Source: Macrostomum lignano (Eukaryota). From it: DNA of 64,000 nt. Location: positions 5,269-69,268 of the forward strand of contig NIVC01003331.1 in the NCBI GenBank assembly GCA_002269645.1, read 5' to 3'. Within the stretch, counting starts at the first letter, position 1. Every line of letters starts with the position of its first letter. The notes beneath the pieces are model-generated. The model searched no databases. It was not told the origin of the DNA and saw only the letters and a program-made list of their open reading frames with translations. The position numbers were made by a program, and so were the translations under genes. Positions 14,960-26,849 of the stretch are shown piece by piece.

Positions 14960-15592
14960 CTGGCGCACTATATAGACAAAAGCAGCATGTAATGATGTTC
15001 TGCAATGTGAGCCACCAGTAGAGGACCACTGGTTGGCTTTGTCTGCAATGGTTCAATAACTCTCTATAGATGGCTTTGATGCGGCATGCAAGTTCTTGAC
15101 TTTTTCAATGCAGTGGGTAGGAAAATATGAATTTCACACTTTAATATATGGCTAGTAGACAGTACTACAATATTCTCAACGTAGGAAGTTGGCTTTCGCA
15201 TGTTGTCCAGGTAGGTAATCAGATTCATGCCAGATTCGTTGAAGTCTTTAGAAACTTTAAAAAATTCTGGGTTTATTAGTTTGGTGCATGCCAAAGTGTG
15301 GAGTCTTATAGGGTCCTTATAGGGAAAGCAGTTGGCAAATAGAGTCAAAAAAGCAATTGCTATCAGCAGCAGCATCACCCAAGATGCACCCTAGCCTCTT
15401 GCCAATTAAGCGCAGTTTAGATTTTGCATTCTGCAATTCAGCCACTGGATTGAGACTTCTAATCTGGGCCATCTTCTGTAGCTGCCACTGCTGTGCTGCT
15501 GTGGCCTTGTTTTTTTTCATTTCAGCTAGCACTCCTTGGCATTTTAATTGTGCCAATTGTCGATTTCTCGCTTTTGGATTTCTCTTTGACAA
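14960..15592 (-). pseudogene. Decayed OTU-family cysteine protease domain at the C-terminal side of the transposase relic
   Basis: Joining frames gives LGDAAADSNCFFDSICQLL (DGNC motif) / RLHTLACTKLINPEFF...YLDNMRKPTSYVENIVVLSTSHILKCEIHIF / ...PLLVAHIAEHHYMLL (His motif). Interrupted by a frameshift and TAA/TAG stops. Confidence 0.75.
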
Positions 15593-15599
15593 AGAACTT

Positions 15600-17301
15600 C
15601 CAGAAACTTTGGGCTGGTCAATTTAGGCATGCCCGCTTCCCTCGCAATTGAAGGCCGCTGTCGCTTAGGCTGATTAGCTTTTGGCTTAGGCTACAACATT
15701 TCAAGATGGTTGTATTGGTGAGCCACTGAACGTAAAATTTCAAGTGTTGAATTCGGTGAAGACTTTAGAGTCAGAGAGATAGCACTTTGATCGGCATCTA
15801 AATCAATGCTAGTGGTGCTCACTAAGCAGCTCGGTGCCTCGCCATCACCTTAGACAGCTGAGGTGACATTGCTGCTTGGCACCTCGCCATCGCCTTGGAC
15901 AGCCAAGGTGGCATTGCCGCTCGATGCCTTGCCATGGCCTTGGGCAGTCATTGTCGCAGTTGCACCCACTTGCTGGCTGGCCAAACTGGAGGCAACATAC
16001 AACTTGTCATATAATAAGGCTTCTAGGTTGAATGGAAAGAGGCCACACACTCGAAACCCAGACTTTACATTGGTAATGGAGATTGACTCAGCCAAAGAAG
16101 ACAAAAACAGTTGTATAAAGTCCATATTACACAGAACTCCAGCTGAATCTAGCCTCGCTTGCTGCGCAATGAGATTGTTCCAAGCAGCCTTAACTGATCA
16201 AAAGACTGCAACATCCAAAGGCTGCATTACATGCATTGTGTTTGGGACTTGGCCAAAAATGTAGACCTGTTTAATAATTTCAGAATTAATAAATATCTAT
16301 GAATTGTCAACTGATAGAAGAAAAGATAAAGGGATTATCAATTAAAACAAGATATACAATACCTGATAGAAAGATCAGAATGAAACAAAATATACTAGCT
16401 AGTTTTTTTTACTTTTCAGGAACTCATATAATTAGATAGATTACAGTTAAAGCCTGTTTACATTTTCCTTGCTTAGCAGCTCCAACATCTAAGCATTATG
16501 TTGCAAATTGTAATTATTGCAAAATAAAATCACAGGTCTTCTGATTTTTTTCTACTCTAGGTAGGATAGGAATGTCTCCATGACCCACTTCCAAAACGAC
16601 TCCCTGGTCAACCAACCTTTCTTTGTCATGGAATAGTTGTAAATGTCCGCAACATTATGTCTCTTTCCTGCAAAAACAAAATGCGGTGGCAGCATAGATC
16701 ACAAGCCTGGATTGTAACCATGATGGTAGCATTTTCTTTTCTACTGTCTTAGTGTAAACAAATTTGGATCCCTTTCTAACAACTACTTTGCGGGACTTTC
16801 TAGCAAAGTAAGCGGCTGAAGTATCTGCTTCTTAGTGACTAAATATTGGGTGTAGTTGATCGGTTGAGGTGTCCAGATTGACAGGACACTCTGGTGGCAC
16901 ACAAAGAAGCAGTTTAGCCAACCTTCTGTCATCGTCACTTTTTTTACAGTTTTTAAACTGATCTGAGTTGTCACTAAAAGCAGAAATTTTCTTTAGGGCT
17001 AGAGAGGCCATCTCCAGGACCTGTACTCTAGTCATTGGGATATGCTGCCTTTGCATTGCTAATGTCTCAACAAAGACAGCTTCCTCTTTGACTGTGAAAA
17101 CCTGTTTCTGTGAATTAAAAGGCTTTTGGGGTTTGTTAGATGAAACCTTCCTTATGTGATAAAGCAAAATTTGATGAAAAACACCAAATCGCTGCACAAT
17201 GCTCCTATAACTTAACTTTTCACCTGCTTCAAGGAATGTAATAACAACCTGCACAGCTTCATCAAGGTCCTTCACTCAAGATCTTACCTGATTTTAGCCA
17301 T
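15600..17301 (-). mobile_element. Decayed pogo/Tigger-type (CENP-B/DDE_1) DNA transposase pseudogene with one intron (16461-16267)
   Basis: HTH_psq-like DLDEAVQVV..LSYRSIVQRFGV; CENP-B HTH VFTVKEE..EGWLNCFFV.H; DDE_1 motifs MLPPHFVFAGK, KKGWLTRESFWKW, RPVILF, HVMQPLDVAVF*SVKAAW, NVKSGFRVCGLFPFN. Multiple stops and frameshifts. TIRs were not found. Confidence 0.85.
15826..15948 (-). repeat. 45-bp (15-codon) triplicated segment inside the transposase C-terminal linker
   Basis: QGHGKASSGNATLAV / QGDGEVPSSNVTSAV / *GDGEAPS. Confidence 0.85.
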
Positions 17302-17329
17302 TAGCCTAGTCTTAAACAAAATTCTAACA

Positions 17330-17720
17330 GGTAGACAAAGTATACAGGAAAAAATATGCTAAGAAGTAAGCAAAGTAGATAAAGTAGAATAGGCAGTTTA
17401 GGTAGGCAAAGTAGATTTAGTAGACAAGGCTAGTTAAATAGTCAAAGCAGTTTATTTAGATAATACAGTAAGTTATTGTAAATAGGCAAAGTATGAGTAG
17501 GTTAAGTAGACAAGGTTGGTTAAGTAAGCAAAGTAGGTTAAATAGACAAGGTTGTTAAGTAAGCAAAGTAGGTTGTAGATAAGGTTGGTTAATTATAGAC
17601 AAAATAGTTTATTTAAATAGTACAGTATGTTAAGTAGGCAAGACAGTCTACATAGGTAGGCAAAGTAGGTTGGGGAGAAAAGGTAGGTTATTTAGGTTAA
17701 GTAGGCAAAGTACTCTAAGT
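17330..17720. repeat. Degenerate purine-rich simple repeat (AAGTAGGTAGGCAAAG-like)
   Basis: Recurring GCAAAGTAG / AGACAAGG motifs. Confidence 0.6.
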
Positions 17721-18057
17721 TGACAATGTAGCAAAAGTAAAATATGAGTATAAGTATACAAGCCAGCAAAATTGACTTAACAATGTTTGAAGTGACCTCC
17801 AAAAACTTTCAGATTAGCAGTTGCAAAAATGGTTCGAATGCTGTTGATTTAATGTTTAGAAGGTTTAAGAAAAAAACTAAGTATATCTTATTGCTGGATA
17901 CATATAGCCAAAGATACTCGCTACAAACTTCCGGCGCTATTGTTAAAGAGCGAATAAGAATCCTAGGAATGCGCCGCAAGAGTTTCTATTCATTGGCAGT
18001 CCGTCGGTGTAAATACAGTGAAAAAACCACTGCTGTCGCTGTATGCACTAGCTGCTA

Positions 18058-18420
18058 TTAAGATGGCTATTTCTCTGCCTTTGCATATCTTGAAAGCCGA
18101 TTGACTTACTTAAAGAATTCTTTCTACATCATACATGTATCAGTGTGGTTTAGTAGCCTGTAGAAATTTAGCCGCTAATCTGCTGATCCAGCTTGGCAAA
18201 TTTGGGTTGGATTTGTTGACTTTCTCCTATCTAAATACACTATAAGATGGCTCTATTTCTCCACCTTTGCTTATCTTGGAAGCCAATTGACTTACCTAAA
18301 CAATTATTTCTGCATCATACATGTATCAGTGTGGTCTAGTAGCCTGTAGAAATTTAGCCTCTAATCTGCTGATCTGGCTTGGCAAATTTGGGTTGAATTT
18401 GTTGACTTGTTCCTAACTAG
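18058..18420. repeat. ~183-bp tandem duplication (2 copies)
   Basis: AAGATGGCT...CATCATACATGTATCAGTGTGG...GGCAAATTTGGGTTG occurs twice, at ~18060 and ~18244. Confidence 0.9.
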
Positions 18421-20832
18421 ACTCACAGCTGCTTACTCCTCTACTTTTCTTTTTGTATAAGTATTAGTGCAATAAATTAATAGTAGTTTCAATAAACTAC
18501 TTAATTCATGCTGCAGAGCTAGCCATCAGGTGTTTAGAAGGCTTTATGTAAACACAGTTTTTTGGATGAAAAGGTCAAACATATTTTTCCCCCATTTTAG
18601 TGAGATATTTTTTTCTGTTTCAAATAGCTGGTTGAAAGGCAAACCATGCTCTATAAAATGTTATGTTTTTGACAGATTTTAGTTTACTCTTTTAATTGTA
18701 TATTCTATTTTTTAATTATGCTTCTCCAACAAGTAGATAAAGCAAATACATTTTTGGCAAAAATGACAATAGTATAGTAAAATGAGAGTATTTTATGCTA
18801 CTCTTGATTTTCAAATAGAAGTAGGCCTACTTGTACATTATCACTCATATTGAACTTGAAATCAATAGAAATTATAAATGATAATGCCTATAACCTCAAC
18901 TCTTGCAGATTTATGAGCCTACTCGTACCTATATAACTAACTCTACTGGCAGAATTGAGAGGTCTAGAAACTTCTGGAGAAACACATGACCAGAAATGTG
19001 TGCCATCATGCTTCTTTACAATTACATTGAAAACTTGCAGATGCGCACTTTAGAAAAGGAATCAAATTATTTTACCGCATTTTAGGATTATTAGAAATCA
19101 TTTTTTACAATGTTTTCCTATAGGGCATGTGCCTGCATGTGAAAAGATATTATTAAGGCTAACAAACATCAAACAGCATTGCAAATTCTCTAAAAAGAAG
19201 CTCAAATCATAGATAGGTAGTACAAGTATTGTAATATACCAGTTTACCACCATTTTTGTTCCTATTCTTCTCTTATTTCTATAATAAAAACTTGAACTTG
19301 CACTTCAGCTTATTTTCTTATATCAATAGTCTATGTTCTAGATCATCAGAAATGTTTGTCAAGTACAAAGACTTCCTTGATCAAGTAACAAATAAGTTAA
19401 ATAATCTGGAATATTATATTGGCTGGAATGGGGTGAAATAGGGTATAAATAAGGTTGCTGACATGGTGGCTCTTTAATGTTTGACATGGTGGCTCTTCTA
19501 TGTTTGACATGGTGGCTCTTTAATATTCTGAGGCTGATAATAGCCTGAGGATGATAGAGTCATCTAAAGCAGATAGACAAGTTGTGTGTATGCCTACACA
19601 CATATCCATGTATGTTTGTGAAGAGTAAGCTAAGGAGTAAATGGAATAGGCAGAATTGCCTTTTCACTGTTTGTGGAATGATCTTTTCAAAGGCCTTGTG
19701 CCATGGTGCCTATAATCCTCCTGCAAATATTTAAAAAAATTACTAGATCACCATTTGCTCCAATTCAAGACCTGACAGACCTCGAACACAAGCTTTTTTA
19801 GTGGCATTTTTATATGCTTGTTTTTCCTTGGCACTCAGATGCTTAAATGCTTCACTTAAGAAGGCTATTCTTTGCTTTGAAAAATTATTTGAAAGATAAA
19901 TATACAAGCATATTCCATACCAAAAGCATTCACAATGCTAAAGCAAATCTTACTAGCTGATCTTACTAGTGACACTTATTGGCTCCCTTGGCCTTGATAA
20001 ACATAGACTAGGCATTGACTTTTCTTTTGTGGTGACTGCAAATGCCTTTCATTTTGTTAACTATATTCAATATTAATTGATGTCCCTAAAAATATTCATT
20101 AAGCTATAACCAATTATAAATAAATTTCTTAATACATAAAATGGGCTCATATGACAATATATATCATTCTTCACAATTTTGACAATGATTATTTTTTAAC
20201 TTGTTGATAGATATAGATATGGTAATATCACACTTAATTAAACAAATGTAGCATGACAAGTAGAAGGGGGAGGTTGAAAAGGAGGGAGGCTAATAGATTA
20301 GAAAGTGGGTAGATAGGAAAACAGGTGGATGGGAAAGTGGGTGGATGGGAAAGTAGGTGGATGGGAAGATAGGTAGAGGGGAAAGTGGGTGGATAGGAAA
20401 GCAGGTATAAGGCAAGGTGGGTGAATGGGAAGCAGGGTGTAAGGCAGCAGGACTGGATTAGCAAAGGGTGAGGCATTAAGGCTAGATTAGCAAGGATAGG
20501 ACAACAAGACTAGATTAGCAAGGGTGGTTAATAGGGCTAGCAAGGTAGAGTATTAGGACCAAATTAGCTTGTTGGAATTAGATAAATTATAGAATGAATA
20601 GATAGATAGAAATATTCATTGTAAAATTATTATACTCGGCTATCAATAGGCCTAGCTATAACAGACATATAACTAGGCCTATATACAGCTCAAATAATTA
20701 TAGCTATATTTATTTTTTATGGCTGTAGGCTAGTTTAAGATATTTATAAAATCAAATATAGCTAGGCCTAAAGCTAAAGTATGAATAAAATAGCTAGTAT
20801 AACATGGGTCTAGATTGTAGCTAGGCTTATGG

Positions 20833-20834
<2 letters not shown>

Positions 20835-20884
<50 letters not shown>
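20835..20884. repeat. (AT)n microsatellite
   Basis: About 25 AT units. Confidence 0.95.
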
Positions 20885-20889
<5 letters not shown>

Positions 20890-23800
20890 GGTTACTACTG
20901 CTGGATATGAAATAAATAAATATGAGAGGATATAAGGTTGATGTTTGTTTAATTTTCAAGTTTTAAAAAGGCCTGAAACTTAACTAATCTTTGGTCTTGA
21001 GTGAATATTTGAGCATTTACTTTTTGATAAAAAGGACTAAATACAATAAATGATGATTTTGTTTATATGATCTATTTGTTTTGGCTTGCCTACTTTTACA
21101 AATTTTGTGAATCAGAAGAATCAAACATTTTGTTATTTATTAGCTTTCATCTTGATATTGTTGGCAATTTGCCAAAATACCAAGCAAAACATAGGCATCT
21201 TACTTGTTAATTTATTTTATGTTTAAGCCAAGCATAAAACCAAAAAAGATGACATTTTTATTTAAGTTTATTAAATTAAGTTTATATTTAGTTAGTTTTC
21301 TATAGCAGTTTAAAACATTTTTTCAATGAAACTTAAATGGTCTAGGCCTAATAGCAACAGGCATAAATGGCTAAAATAGGAGTGTTATAATCTATAATAT
21401 TAACTAAAATTTCTACAACAAAAAGACCACCTATTAGATTGTAAAAAATTTTATTAGCACATATAATGATATATTAGAAATCAATATAGAAAATAAAAAT
21501 GAATAGTTTCTTCATTGAAAAACAATATTTTTATAAGTAGGCCTAATATGTATAATAATGATATCATAAGCATAATTACAATAATAAATATATTTTGATA
21601 TAGCTAATAGTAAAAGTAATTACTTGAAAAAGAAAAAAGAGAGCAAGCAAAAAGAGAATAAAATTAGCAAGTTACATCTATGGCATATAGCAAAAACATT
21701 AAGGCAACATAGAAAAATAGGAGATCCAATATTGATCCCATATATGGCATTTCAATAAATGAATGCAGAAATAGAAAAAACCAAAAAGAGCAATTGGATC
21801 CATGGCACAAAAAAGAAAGAGAGGACCACCAAAAGGACCAGAAGTAAGGCCAATAAAAGAACAAGTATTAAATCATATAGAACTTTTTAATAGCCTGCAG
21901 TGTCCTATCCTGGGGCACAAATTAATTATACAAAAGTTCACAAAGAAAGAGTAATAGTCTCATTCCTACATATACTAAAGTGCCAAGGTGCCATACATAT
22001 ATGCAGAATAAGGCCATCTTTAGCTATTTACTGATAATATATATAGTTATTTGGCACATAGCCTCCACAAGTAACTGGGTATACTTTGCATTTGCCTCTA
22101 TTAGCCAGGGTGTTTCATGTTGCACAGTGTGGCTTGGGGCTTTCTAGGGCCATGGTGGAGCTTGGAGAGTTGCTATGTTTCCCATTGCAAATTGTTAGGC
22201 ATTGCAAGGAAGTCTTGAAGGGGGCAAGAAAAAAGACAATGATAGGCAGAGTAAACAAAAAAGGGAGCAAGAAAAGCAAGACAATCAACAGAATGAATAA
22301 ATGTAAATAAATATGGGGCACAAAAGGGGAATAGGAAAATAAAAAGATAAGCAGGCAATGGCAATAGACAAATAGCAAGGATATAGCTTTACAATCAAAG
22401 TCTATAGCATAATTAAATTTCACCTTTTATATTCCTTTGGCACTCCATCCAATGGACAAAGAGGTCTAATTGCTAGAAATATCCTTTATCGTTGAGTCTA
22501 ATTAAGGTCATGCCTAAAGATTAATGTGGGTGATTGAAATCAAGGAGTAGTAAAAATATACCCAAGTGATATAAAGGTACAAAGCCATTAAAAGCTGCTT
22601 GCTATCTCCTTTAGCAATATCAAAAAGTCTTCTAAAATAAACATATTTACAATATTATACAACATATTCTTATATTAGCAAATTTCTTATACAACAAAAA
22701 ATAACAATCATGCTTGTTGAATAATTGTAGCAGAAGGAAAGAACAATTTGTATAATTGCTATCTATAAGGCTAGATTCTAAAATATATCTTTGCTCCTTT
22801 GAGGTTTCCAAAGAAAAACCAATGCTATATACTAAATAGAACATAAAAACTAACATATGGAGACAAATTTGCATTTGTCAACCTAAATATAGTTTCATTT
22901 TGAACCTAAAAATAGAAAGTACAAATCAATATTTAAATATAGTCCTAATGTGCCAGTTACAAATGGCCTATAATGGCCAGCTCCCTTGCAACTATTGCAT
23001 AGCTACAATTTAGCCACTGTATTGCCATAGAAAAAATAGAGATACTAATTTAACTAAGTTCTTCTTAGTTTCTATCTGATGATAGTATATATGTTATGCA
23101 TGTCTTTTGGTCTTTTTCAATTTTTTAATAGTCTATTTGAGACTTAGACTCAGCCTTAGATGAACCTAGTAACTGCATTGCTATCTTGCCAATTCTTATT
23201 GGTCTATGATACCAGTTTGCTTATCTGTATACATGCCATGGGTACAAAATAGTTTAAACACAATTCTTTGAAGCTAGCTTCCATTTGTTATGTCATGCCT
23301 TTGCAGATGCTTTTGTATAGTATTTAAATGTCAATGTTTAATAAGGCAGATATATTTGACCTTTAGAGGTAGTTAAACTTACACCTAGTTTTCTCTAAAT
23401 TTCAACATGCATTTGTGTCAAGGAATGGGCATCAAAATTAAAGCAGGCAGTTTCCACCTTGAGTGGTCTGGCTTGTGGTTCCTTGAATATACCAGATGCT
23501 GCATTATTAGGGCCTAGCTTTTTTAAGGCAGATAAAAAAATTTGCTACTAGACTAGAACTTGCAGTGACCATGATTGTTGATAAAAATAACCTGTTTGCT
23601 GCTGGACTATGACTTGCAAAATACCTTACCAATTTGTTGCTAAGAACAAGGTATTGCTAGGCTTAGACTAAAGGGGCTACAAGATGCAACAAGGCTAGGT
23701 GTGTCCTTGGTATATAGATATAGACATTAGATGCTAACTCAGTCTATAGATATGTGTAAAGAGGGTTGACAAGTTAATGCACTTCAAATTCCAACTTCGT

Positions 23801-25055
23801 TGCAAGCAGTTGCGAAATGATAGTTTGATAAATTTATTTAACAAAATATGCTTTAACTAAATGGTTGTTATAGTGCTACTGTTATAACTAAACTAATTAT
23901 ATAATCTGAAATATAATGATAGAATTTCTTGCAATGCATATAAAAAACATGGTGTTAAAAAAAATCAGTAACACGCATATGTATTCATATTATATACTAT
24001 CTTTTACCATTGTGAACATGATATGCCAACTGTAAAAGTAAGTCAATAAAGCACTTTTTAAAACTCTTAAACCTTACATAAGCCATTGTTTCTTGGCCAT
24101 TGTCAGTCTCATTCAGCAGTACTTAAGATTTAGATAAAAATTTGAAATTTATGTTTATTTGCATTATTTATTTACCTGAACCACAGGGTATTAAAAGTCA
24201 AAGTCACTTAGACAATAGTCAAATAGGCAATAGGAAGGAGGGTAAAGTGTAAAAACTCAAATCTGCAGAAACATAATACCAACAAAGTCAACATTTGACT
24301 TGATTTCACGTGAAAAAACTCCTTGCTACCATAGGCTTGGTTCCATTTCTTCATTATTGACCTAATTTTTTTAAAGATTACCTAATAATAAATGACTCAG
24401 TTGATATGGTATAAATAATTTAGTCAAATGGTTAAGTCTTTACAAAAAGTACAGCTTGTTCCATTTACTAAAATACCTTAAATAAGTATCCTTGAATATG
24501 CCATGCTTAACTGTTGCAGCAGTGGCTATTTAATAGCTATATAGTGCTATCAAACTAAAAATTACCTTGAAATTTTGATGTAGAACACATCAATTGCACT
24601 ACTTCTGGAAGTATACTATGTTTAACTCATTTTGCACAATATTAATTTCGAAAATATCAAATAATATATTTTAAATATTTTCTAATTAAACTTTATTTGA
24701 TTTGATTTTCTATCTTATGCTAGTTTTAATTTTTGGCTAATAAGAAGGTAAAGATAATCTAAATATTTGTAAGACAGAAAACCAATGAAAATGAGTCAAA
24801 TAGTGCTAGAGCCATGTTGTATAATGAATTCAGATAAAAGAGCTATGTAGAGGGATTTATCTATCCCAAATATCACTAGCTAAGTAAAAATGAAACTGAT
24901 TCCCAACTAAAATGATAGACTTCAATGATTTTGAATAAGTGTGGAGCTCCAGGAAAAAACCCTGTAAATTGTACAATTTTATAACCAAATACACTACCAA
25001 ACTCCAAATCAATAAATTCAATTCATGACATGAACAATCTTATTTTGATGCAGCA

Positions 25056-25645
25056 ATGAACACTGTACATTTAGATAGCAAACCGGAGCCATTAACTGTC
25101 AAAACCAATGCCAATTTAATCGGAAGTAATAGTAGCACCGCTACTAGCAGTAGTAGCAGTAGTAGCGCATGCAGCAGCGCTTTTAGTAGCGAAGACTCGC
25201 CGGCCCAGCAGCAACAGATGCAGCAGTCACCAAGCATGCCAGCTGCTGTAGGCGAGGCATCCAGAATGGTGTCGGCGCGTTGTGCCGCTATAAATTCTTC
25301 CTCAGCCTCTTCGGGCGTAGAATCTCGCACCCAACGTGGCTTCTCGTGCGCATTTGACGAAGTGTTGGCATCGAATAGGGCTGTTGTGCAAGCGGAAAAT
25401 GTGCCGGGTAGGAGGGTAAACAACAATGGCGGATGTGGCGGTACAGCTGGTAGCGGTTGCTCTAATTCTGGCAATGGTCGCAGCCTGTCACGAAATGGTA
25501 GTGCTTGCGGCGCCAATGGTAGTTATTCATTCATATTGCCTGACTTGTCAACCTATCCGTTGGAATTTCGAGCCTTTTTGGAGAAGGAACTGTTGGATAC
25601 GGGGACTCTGGTTAACTTGGAGCAGGCTGGTTGTTTGAATTGGTG
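25056..25645 (+). CDS. OTUD7: OTUD7/Cezanne-like deubiquitinase, first visible coding exon
   Basis: SFILPDLSTYPLEFRAFLEKELL...LEQAGCLNWW matches the OTUD7 pre-catalytic segment. Donor TG|GTAAGG at 25646. The start codon is uncertain. Confidence 0.85.
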
Positions 25646-25697
25646 GTAAGGTTACTTTGGGTTAATTTTGTCTACCATTGGTTAGTAGTAAGGGGTA

Positions 25698-26793
25698 GTC
25701 TGACATTGTTACCAGTTTCCTAATGGTAAACTAGGGATGTAGCCTGACATTGTTACCAGTTTCCTGAAGGTAAACTAGGGATGTAGCCTGACATTGTTAC
25801 CAGTTTCCTGAAGGTAAACTAGGGATATAGCCTGACATTGTTACCAGTTTCCTAAAGGTAAACTAGAGATGTAGTCTGACATTGTTACCAGTTTCCTGAA
25901 GGTAAACTAGAGATGTAGTCTGACATTGTTACCAGTTTCCTGAAGGTAAACTAGGGATGTAGTCTGACATTGTTACCAGTTTCCTGAAGGTAAACTAGAG
26001 ATGTAGTCTGACATTGTTACCAGTTTCCTGAAGGTAAACTAGGGATATAGCCTGACATTGTTACCAGTTTCCTAATAGTAAACTAGGGATATAGCCTGAC
26101 ATTGTTACCAGTTTCCTGATGGTAAACTAGGGATGTAGCCTGACATTGTTACCAGTTTCCTAATGGTAAACTAGGGATGTAGCCTGACATTGTTACCAGT
26201 TTCCTAATGGTAAACTAGGGATATAGCCTGACATTGTTACCAGTTTCCTAATGGTAAACTAGGGATGTAGCCTGACATTGTTACCAGTTTCCTAATGGTA
26301 AACTAGGGATGTAGCCTGACATTGTTACCAGTTTCCTAATGGTAAACTAGGGATATAGCCTGACATTGTTACCAGTTTCCTAATGGTAAACTAGGGATGT
26401 AGCCTGACATTGTTACCAGTTTCCTGAGGGTAAACTAGGGATGTAGCCTGACATTGTTACCAGTTTCCTGAGGGTAAACTAGGGATGTAGCCTGACATTG
26501 TTACCAGTTTCCTAATGGTAAACTAGGGATATAGCCTGACATTGTTACCAGTTTCCTAATGGTAAACTAGGGATGTAGCCTGACATTGTTACCAGTTTCC
26601 TAATGGTAAACTAGGGATGTAGCCTGACATTGTTACCAGTTTCCTAATGGTAAACTAGGGATGTAGCCTGACATTGTTACCAGTTTCCTGAGGGTAAACT
26701 AGGGATGTAGCCTGACATTGTTACCAGTTTCCTAATGGTAAACTAGGGATGTAGCCTGACATTGTTACCAGTTTCCTGATGGTAGACTAGAGA
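25698..26793. repeat. 44-bp minisatellite in OTUD7 intron 1, about 25 copies
   Basis: Unit TGACATTGTTACCAGTTTCCTAATGGTAAACTAGGGATGTAGCC; period 44 verified (25701, 25745, 25789). Confidence 0.97.
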
Positions 26794-26849
26794 TTTAATA
26801 TGCTTAGAGTACAAGCAGCTGACGCGTAAGTCCTCACACTAATACCTAG

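Noticed and set aside
19455-19525. Three copies of a 23-bp unit GACATGGTGGCTCTTTAATGTTT
   Set aside because: It is a small local duplication, unrelated to the main 23-bp satellite and without evident function.
25698-26793. Regular 44-bp array as a possible CRISPR array
   Set aside because: There are no unique spacers, it lies in a eukaryotic intron, and no cas genes are present.
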